Assembly: GCA_045863235.1 (NCBI GenBank)
Contig: BTUM01000006.1
Location: 96,001 to 160,000, forward strand
DNA length: 64,000 nucleotides
Origin: Candidatus Xenobia bacterium
GTDB taxonomy: Bacteria; Vulcanimicrobiota; Xenobia; Xenobiales; QWHO01
Direction: 5' to 3'
The notes below the pieces were generated by a model, which worked only from the letters and a program-made list of their open reading frames with translations, ran no database searches and was not told where the DNA came from. Below are positions 57,850 to 64,000 of the stretch, in pieces; position 1 is the first letter of the stretch; the number at the start of each line of letters is the position of its first letter. The translations under genes and the position numbers were made by a program.

Positions 57850-58987
57850 CGCGCGCTCCCAACCAGAAATGAGCCAGCTCGCTGATGGCGTGGCCCTCGC
57901 GCTTGCGGGGCAGCTTCACGGCCCAACCGCTTTCGAGTGCCCGCTTGCGCACGGCGCGAACGAAACCGAGCTGGTCATTCTTCTGGCCTTCTTCAAAGAG
58001 GTCTTCCAGATAGAGCAAGAGCGAGCCCAGGTCGCCCGGGTGCCGGGTCATGGTCGATTCCAGCAGGGTCAGCGACTCCTTGTGCAGCCCGCGGTCCCGG
58101 AACAGGGCGGCCAGGAGCACGGGTAGCTTGAGGTTCTTGGGGTCGGCCGCCATGGCTTCCAGAGTGTGAGCCACCGCCAGTTCCCAGTAGTAGGGCTCAA
58201 GCCCCTCTTCCATCAAGCCCGACTTCATGTATTCGTGGTAGAGCGATGCCAGGGAGGCCTGCAGGCCGGCCGTCTCGGTGCGATAACGCAGCTGCTCGGT
58301 CATCTGGTAGATGCGCACGACGTAGGAGCGCTGCAACTCGTTAATCTTGCTCATGGCATACTGGAAGACCTCGGGGCGCTGGTCTCCCGCCATCCGGTTG
58401 AGCAGGCGTCGCTGGCGCGGGTCGTCGGATTCGGCCAGCCGGTCCACGATGGCCAGGGCGGTGGCCACGTCGGCATAGGGGATGATGTCCACGATCGGCT
58501 CGGTGCGGATCTCCTCGCGGAACTGGACCTCGAGAGGAGCCGAGAAGTCGCGCTCGGGGGGCGCGTTGGATTGAATCCACATTTCAGCCCGCACCACGTC
58601 CACCAGGGGGGTCTCCTTGGGCTGGCCGCGCGACAGGAGGTAGACCAGCATGCTGATCAGGCTGCCGTAGACGCCGCCGAAGAGGCAGAAGACCAGCGTG
58701 ACGATGGCCCAGCCCAGCGCTGCCGGGCTGACCGGGCTCTTGGCCATGTACGTACCAAAGCTGATGGCCAGTGCCCCCACCACGTAAAAGAAGAAGCTGG
58801 CCGTGGGGAAGCTCTCCTCGGCTCGCAGGACTCCCAGTGTTCCAGCCAGGCTGGCCACGAAGCCCAGAATCCAGCACAGCCAGGAGACGATGTTGGGGAG
58901 CGGCTCGTGAGGTCGGGGAGGGCGCTCGAGGTAGCCCGGGACGGTCTGGTCCACGCTGGTGTCGATCCGAACGGTGTCGGCGATCAC
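57842..58987 (-). CDS. pelE: PelE-like membrane protein with helical-repeat/TPR region
   Basis: N-terminal TMs, EPIVDII...DQRPEVFQYA, LASLYHEYMKSGL; directly upstream of pelF. Confidence 0.7.
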   Translation of the reverse strand: MIADTVRIDTSVDQTVPGYLERPPRPHEPLPNIVSWLCWILGFVASLAGTLGVLRAEESFPTASFFFYVVGALAISFGTYMAKSPVSPAALGWAIVTLVFCLFGGVYGSLISMLVYLLSRGQPKETPLVDVVRAEMWIQSNAPPERDFSAPLEVQFREEIRTEPIVDIIPYADVATALAIVDRLAESDDPRQRRLLNRMAGDQRPEVFQYAMSKINELQRSYVVRIYQMTEQLRYRTETAGLQASLASLYHEYMKSGLMEEGLEPYYWELAVAHTLEAMAADPKNLKLPVLLAALFRDRGLHKESLTLLESTMTRHPGDLGSLLLYLEDLFEEGQKNDQLGFVRAVRKRALESGWAVKLPRKREGHAISELAHFWLGARDA

Positions 58988-59355
58988 GTGCCCTCCCGCT
59001 TGACGGCGGCGATGCCGGTAGCCAGGTCGAAGTAGTCGGGAATGAGCCGGGCCACCAGCCGCTTCTCCATCTCGTCGCGCAGGTCGGGGTTGGCCCCCAC
59101 CAGGCAGAGGGCCCCCGGTGGGCTCTGCGATCGGATGCGGGCATAGGCCGCGAACAGGCTGGCCAGGGCGTAGCTGTCGATGGAGGTGACCTCGGTGAGA
59201 TCCAGCACGATGCGGCTCGCGCCCTGTCGCACGAGGTTGGAGGCGGCGGCTCGAAAGCCGTCGTTGTTGCCCTTGCCCCAGCCGCCTTGAAGCGACAGCA
59301 CGGCCACACCATCCTGTCGATTCTCCTGTGACTTGACCAGGGGCAGATCCGGCAT
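58984..59355 (-). CDS. STAS domain protein (anti-sigma factor antagonist-like)
   Basis: IVLDLTEVTSIDSYAL (phosphoacceptor DS motif); GTGA overlap with the pelE-like start. Confidence 0.88.
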   Translation of the reverse strand: MPDLPLVKSQENRQDGVAVLSLQGGWGKGNNDGFRAAASNLVRQGASRIVLDLTEVTSIDSYALASLFAAYARIRSQSPPGALCLVGANPDLRDEMEKRLVARLIPDYFDLATGIAAVKREGT

Positions 59356-59363
59356 CGACGTCC

Positions 59364-61139
59364 TCAGAACTGGATGTGCAGCTGGGTGCGCAGCGACTGG
59401 TTGTTGTTGTTCACGATGCCTCCGGTCAGGGGAATGCGGCCGAAGGGGGCAGCGCCGTACTCGTAGTCGACTCGGAAAAACGAGGTCTCGGTAAACTTGA
59501 CGTCGGTGCCCACCTGGTAGGTCTGACCGCTGGTGCTGTCGTTGAAGAAGCTCTGATAAAAGCCGAGGTAGTAACGCCAGCGGTCGGTGGGAGTATGGGT
59601 GAAGCGGGTTCCGATCGAGTCGCCCTGGAAGTCGGCCGGCCCGAAGCGGTCGAGAATGTTCTGGGGGGGGCTGTTGGCGTTGCCGCCGTGGGTGTAGCTG
59701 ACCACCCAGTCGTAGACGTCTTCCTGGCGCATCACCGTGAAGTAGGGACCGATGTTGTAGATGAATTGGTGCGAGTTATCGATGTAGTTGGCATTCAGGA
59801 AGTTGCCGCCGATTCCGATCCATTCATTGATCTGGCCATCCAGGAAGCCCTCCTGGCCGAAGTACTTCAGGCCGTTGGCCAGGGCGAAGGGGGTATCGTA
59901 GTTCATGTCGCGCACGAGATAAAAGCCGCCCTGCACGTTGGGGCCGTCGTAGCGCCCACCCACGCGGAACAGGCCCTCGGTGCCGTACCAGCCGGTAAAG
60001 ATGGCGTCCATGTCGACGGCGCGATACTCCAGACCCAGCTTGCCGAAAGTCCGTTCCGCGGTGCCGACGCCTGGATTGTTGGTGCTGACCGAGCGATAAT
60101 CGTGCCAGCCCTGGACGTAGAGATCCGAGTCGCTGACCGGGATGCTCAGCCGGTTGATGACCCGGTTGCCGAAGTTGCCGGCAAAGGACGTGTACTCGTA
60201 GAAATTGTCGAAGTACGGGCCGCGCAGGTCTTCGGCCTTCTGGATGCGCTCATCGAGGGAGGTGGCCAGTGAGCCGCCCGCCGGGGCCATCTCCCTGGCC
60301 TTCAAATACCAGTCGCGGGCAGCCATGTATCCCTCTCGTGACAGGGCGTGGTCGCCCCGGGCCACGTAGAGGTCGGTCATCTTGTCCTTCAGCCCCAGGG
60401 CCTGAGGGTTCTCGGCCTGCAGGCGGGTCAGAAGCTCTTCGCTGGCATCATAGTCGCCGGCCTGGGTGTAGAGGTCGGCCAGCATGGCCTGAATCTCCAG
60501 GTTCTTGGGGTCGAGCTTGGCCGCCTTCTCCAGGACGCGAATGGCGGCCCTGACGTCACCCACGTCGTAGTAGGCCCGGCCAGCCTCCCAGTAAGGCTTT
60601 GGGTCGGAGGCTTTGGCCAGGGCCATGCGCTCGAGCATGCGGGCCCGTTCCTGGTCGAGATCGTTGCGCCGGTAAAGCTCGGCCAGCTTTTCCATCAGGG
60701 CCACGTCGTCCGGCCGCAGTTTCAAGAGCTCCTCGCCGGTTATGGCGGCCGCGCGCGGTTGGTCGTAGGTGGACTGGAGCTCCATCAGGATCTCTTTCCA
60801 CTCCGCCTTCTGGGGCTCGAGCTCACTCAACTTGCTGTAGATGGTGATGGCGTAAGCCGTGTTGCGACTGGCCAGCAGGATGGTGCCCAGCTCGGAATAG
60901 GCCTCCACCAGGTTGGGGTCGAGCTCGATGGCCTTGCGCAAGCTGACGATGGCCGACTCGGTATAACCCTGCTTGTTGAGCTCAATGCCCTTGCGTAATT
61001 CCTCGCGCGCCTGCTGCTCGGAGCTCTGGGTGGCGGCCGCCTCGGGGGACGCAGCAGCCTCGGGAGTCTGTGCCTGCACCGGAGTCACGCTCAGGCCCAC
61101 CACGCAGATCAGGGCCAGGATTCGGCTGGTAAGGTTCAC
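59364..61139 (-). CDS. pelB: PelB-like TPR + outer-membrane beta-barrel protein
   Basis: Sec signal (AQA), about 280 aa of TPRs, aromatic-rich beta-strand C-domain ending in F; directly after pelA. Confidence 0.7.
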   Translation of the reverse strand: MNLTSRILALICVVGLSVTPVQAQTPEAAASPEAAATQSSEQQAREELRKGIELNKQGYTESAIVSLRKAIELDPNLVEAYSELGTILLASRNTAYAITIYSKLSELEPQKAEWKEILMELQSTYDQPRAAAITGEELLKLRPDDVALMEKLAELYRRNDLDQERARMLERMALAKASDPKPYWEAGRAYYDVGDVRAAIRVLEKAAKLDPKNLEIQAMLADLYTQAGDYDASEELLTRLQAENPQALGLKDKMTDLYVARGDHALSREGYMAARDWYLKAREMAPAGGSLATSLDERIQKAEDLRGPYFDNFYEYTSFAGNFGNRVINRLSIPVSDSDLYVQGWHDYRSVSTNNPGVGTAERTFGKLGLEYRAVDMDAIFTGWYGTEGLFRVGGRYDGPNVQGGFYLVRDMNYDTPFALANGLKYFGQEGFLDGQINEWIGIGGNFLNANYIDNSHQFIYNIGPYFTVMRQEDVYDWVVSYTHGGNANSPPQNILDRFGPADFQGDSIGTRFTHTPTDRWRYYLGFYQSFFNDSTSGQTYQVGTDVKFTETSFFRVDYEYGAAPFGRIPLTGGIVNNNNQSLRTQLHIQF

Positions 61140-61158
61140 TTTCGCTTGCTCCTCCGAT

Positions 61159-64000
61159 TCAACGGCTGACCTCGACCGGATAGGTGCCTCGGAATGCGGT
61201 CAGGGTCCCTCTCCAGGTCAGCCTTCCCTGAGCGTCGGATTTCAGAGTCTGGCTACCCAGACCGCCAACCGACACCCTGTAGGAGGCGTTCGGAGCCAGG
61301 TTGGCCAGCGTGAAGAAGGCCGGACCCGTCCCCTGGAACCGGAAAGAGACCCCCTGATTCGTCAGGCGCCATCCGTCGATATAATGACTCCCCTTGACCA
61401 AATACGTTTTCGAAGGGGCCGGATCCTGCAAAAAAATTCTATGTTTTGAACCTTCCTCCAGGTGCACGTAGAGGCTGTTTCCCTCGACCACAAAGCCAAT
61501 CACGCCTTGAGAGCGGTTCAAGTCCACAGCTTGCTTGACCCCATCGAGTCGGATGGTCCGCAAGGGCCCCTGATTGTGAACCACCAGGGAGCCGTCCACG
61601 GCTCGACCGTAGCGCATGGTGATGAAGTCCTTCACGATGGGCACGTAGTCGGCCGCGAAGATGGGGGCGAAGTCCTGCTTGAGCACGTAGTCGAAGGCAG
61701 CTTTCAAGCCGTCGAGACCGGGTTGTTTCTCGGCCAGGTAGAAGTGGAAGTAAGCGTTCATCGGGCGCAGCCGATAGGGCTTCTCGGTCTTCTGGTAGTA
61801 GTCGACCAGCTCTTTCATGCCGTCGAAGTTCCTGGTCCAGGAGTGGGTGTAGTAGAAGTCGCCCGCAGCCGCGGTGTGATACTGGATGCGGCCTTCTCCG
61901 ACGTCGGAGTAGACCGGGTAGACCCCGGCGATGTAGGGCAGGTTGGAGTCGTAGATGGGGTTGCCCCCGTTCATGTTGGCGATACCCAGAGCATCGGTCA
62001 GAGCTACCGCCTCGGGAGTGGGATTGCAGAGGCCCGTCCAGAGCAACAGTCGGGTCGGCTTCTCACGGGGCGTGATCAGCTGGTTGGTGAAGTCGACCGC
62101 GGCCGTGATCTCGCCTGGAATGGAGGGAGGCTGGCGGGCCAGCTTCCTGTCGGGGGTGAGGAAGTTGTCGCCCTTGACCCAGTCGAAGGGGTGGGCTGTG
62201 GTGTGGCTGGCCGTATCCACGTTGGGCAATGATTGGATGCGGCGGGCGGCATCCAGGTCGCGAGCATAGTAAGGCTTGGCTCGCTTGAGCATGTCATCGG
62301 AGATGTAACTGACCGTGAAGGGCAGGCTGTACTTGGTGAAGATCTCCCGGTAGAGCATCTCCGAGTTGAGGGTCGAGCGGTCGATGTGGGACATACCGCC
62401 GGCCGCGTCGCCATCCACGTGGGCCCAGAACAGGCGGCTGCCGTTCAAGGTCGAGAGGTCGGGCTTGGGCAGTTCATCGGTCTGGAAAGCGGCGGCAAAG
62501 AAGATGAAGGGGTCGATCTGCCAGGTCGTGGCCTGCGACCGCTCGGCGGCCGCGTACTGAGAGGCATTGGCGTCGGGAGGAAGCGACTCCGAGCGAAGCG
62601 GCTGGGCGATCGGAGCATAGCAGGGGAAGTTGCCCATGGCCACGCCGCCGCGCGAGGAGACGGCCACCACGTCGCTTTCTCCGCGGGGGTCCTTGACCCG
62701 GAGATAGGTCTTGCCGGCCGGGTCTTCCAGCTTCAAAATGGGCCAGTCCAGCTTGCGCAGGTCCTCGTTGTTTTGAGTCAGGGAGCGCTCGTAGTTGCAG
62801 ACTTTCGGGTCCATGAAGGTGATCTCGCCGGTTCTGGCCGGGAGGCCCAGCTCGGAGTTCCCGGCTCGGACCGCCGACTGGGTGGCCGACGGGGTCAGCT
62901 TGAATCCCAGTGCGGCCAACGCCGGCCCCGGGTCGGCCTGGCCTTTCAGCGTGCTGTCCGCGGTCGAGCCGATGCCACCCATCAAGACGACCTTCCGTCC
63001 GGCCTGGATCTGGCGCAGCAGCCACTCGTTGTAGGCCTGGGCGTCGGGCAGAGAGCTGCCGCTCCACCAGGTCAGGATACCGCGGTAGGGCTCCATCTCG
63101 GCATCGCCCGGCAGGCCGTCCTCGATGGCCCGGTAGTCGACCACCAGGCCCAGGTAGTTCAAGACCGTCTCGCCCTGTTGATGGAGCGCGTTGACCACCG
63201 AGGTCTCCCGGTTCGAGCGCTGGTAGAAGCACAGCACGCGCCGCTTGAGCTCGGTCACCTCGGCTGGGAGGGGAGGCGGCTGGGGCAGGGCCGCCGGCGG
63301 CGCTGCCCCCACCTGGGTGGGGGTGACCGCCAGCGAGCGCTTCTCGGGAAGTTTCTGGGGCCGGTAGGTGAGCGTCTCCTCCAGGAATCTTTTCAGATCG
63401 ATGTGAAACTGGTTCTGCTTACCGTCGAAGCGCACGATGTAATTTTCGAGGGCCAGCCCGCCGTAGGGAGTGCGCACCACCACGGCGCTCTCGCCCTCGG
63501 GCAGGTCGGTGCGACCCAGCCGCAGGAACACCTTGTCCTCGGGACTGGCCGGACGGAACAGAAAGTAGTGATTCAGGTGGGCCTTCTCGAGCCACGGGAC
63601 CATGGCCGGATCGCGCCCCTGCTCGGTGATCTTGCTGGCGTCGTTGGTCCAGGTTCCCTTGAACTCCAGGCCAAACGGGTAGAAGAAGTTGTTGTACTCC
63701 TCGCTGAGGAGCCAGCGGTCGAGCCCATCGTTGAGCTGCTCCTGGAAGGCGCCGTAGTTGCCGAAGACGACCACCTTGCGGCCGGCCACGATCTGGTCGG
63801 TGAGCCAGTTCGCATAAGCAGCCGCGTTGCGCGTGGCCGGGCTGCGATACCAGGTGATGATGCCCACGTACTGCTTCATGTCCGCCTCGGAGGGCAGGCC
63901 GTCCTCGAGGTTGCGGTAATCCACCGTGTAGCCCAGCTCCTTGAGAGGAGCGGCCAGGAACAGCTTGATCTCGTTGTTGTCCGCGCTGGTTCCCTCCGAG
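61159..64000 (-). CDS. pelA: PelA-like polysaccharide deacetylase-containing protein (5'-truncated by window)
   Basis: PKPDLSTLNGSRLFWAHVDGD, ASHTTAHPFDW, LWTGLCNP, NMNGG, RLRPMNAYFHFY; frame open to the window end. Confidence 0.9.
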   Translation of the reverse strand, partial: SEGTSADNNEIKLFLAAPLKELGYTVDYRNLEDGLPSEADMKQYVGIITWYRSPATRNAAAYANWLTDQIVAGRKVVVFGNYGAFQEQLNDGLDRWLLSEEYNNFFYPFGLEFKGTWTNDASKITEQGRDPAMVPWLEKAHLNHYFLFRPASPEDKVFLRLGRTDLPEGESAVVVRTPYGGLALENYIVRFDGKQNQFHIDLKRFLEETLTYRPQKLPEKRSLAVTPTQVGAAPPAALPQPPPLPAEVTELKRRVLCFYQRSNRETSVVNALHQQGETVLNYLGLVVDYRAIEDGLPGDAEMEPYRGILTWWSGSSLPDAQAYNEWLLRQIQAGRKVVLMGGIGSTADSTLKGQADPGPALAALGFKLTPSATQSAVRAGNSELGLPARTGEITFMDPKVCNYERSLTQNNEDLRKLDWPILKLEDPAGKTYLRVKDPRGESDVVAVSSRGGVAMGNFPCYAPIAQPLRSESLPPDANASQYAAAERSQATTWQIDPFIFFAAAFQTDELPKPDLSTLNGSRLFWAHVDGDAAGGMSHIDRSTLNSEMLYREIFTKYSLPFTVSYISDDMLKRAKPYYARDLDAARRIQSLPNVDTASHTTAHPFDWVKGDNFLTPDRKLARQPPSIPGEITAAVDFTNQLITPREKPTRLLLWTGLCNPTPEAVALTDALGIANMNGGNPIYDSNLPYIAGVYPVYSDVGEGRIQYHTAAAGDFYYTHSWTRNFDGMKELVDYYQKTEKPYRLRPMNAYFHFYLAEKQPGLDGLKAAFDYVLKQDFAPIFAADYVPIVKDFITMRYGRAVDGSLVVHNQGPLRTIRLDGVKQAVDLNRSQGVIGFVVEGNSLYVHLEEGSKHRIFLQDPAPSKTYLVKGSHYIDGWRLTNQGVSFRFQGTGPAFFTLANLAPNASYRVSVGGLGSQTLKSDAQGRLTWRGTLTAFRGTYPVEVSR

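Noticed and set aside
1..64000. tRNA, rRNA, IS/transposase, integrase or prophage genes
   Set aside because: None recognised; intergenic spaces are short and the long ORFs have other explanations. A covariance-model scan was not possible.

Overview
GC-rich bacterial window, apparently from a diderm (Wza-type and PelB-type outer-membrane exporters). The lineage cannot be fixed from sequence alone. Three blocks are visible. (1) 1-17.8 kb: mixed genes, including a Hpt-REC-GGDEF-REC diguanylate cyclase truncated at the window start, an acyl-CoA synthetase with two inserted Gly/Ala-rich hydrophobic segments, a split FluG/NodGS-like pair with a homocysteine S-methyltransferase-family gene, RluA, a deaminase, a TPR protein and a large Ser-rich protein with a papain-like Cys/His/Asn signature. 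(2) About 17.9-52.6 kb: a large, strand-scrambled Wzx/Wzy surface-glycan locus (priming transferase, 3 GT4s, Wzy-like, Wzx, Wza, two membrane co-polymerases, two stand-alone BY-kinases, AsnB, HisH2/HisF2 plus an N-acetyl-sugar amidotransferase, sulfotransferase, 2 methyltransferases, O-acyltransferase, O-antigen-ligase-TPR, VKOR-DsbA). Embedded in it is an unusual RiPP-like cassette: HPr-kinase-like gene, degenerate paralog, nucleotidyltransferase, and a PqqD/RRE domain fused to a twin-arginine-like signal and a 16-Cys core. (3) 52.7-64 kb, minus strand: a rearranged Pel polysaccharide operon (pelA-pelB-STAS-pelE-pelF-pelG-pelD-like-double PilZ). Its PelD-like protein lacks the RxxD c-di-GMP site, and pelA runs off the window end. 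No rRNA, tRNA, CRISPR array or transposase was recognised. All calls come from motif recognition by eye; no searches were run.
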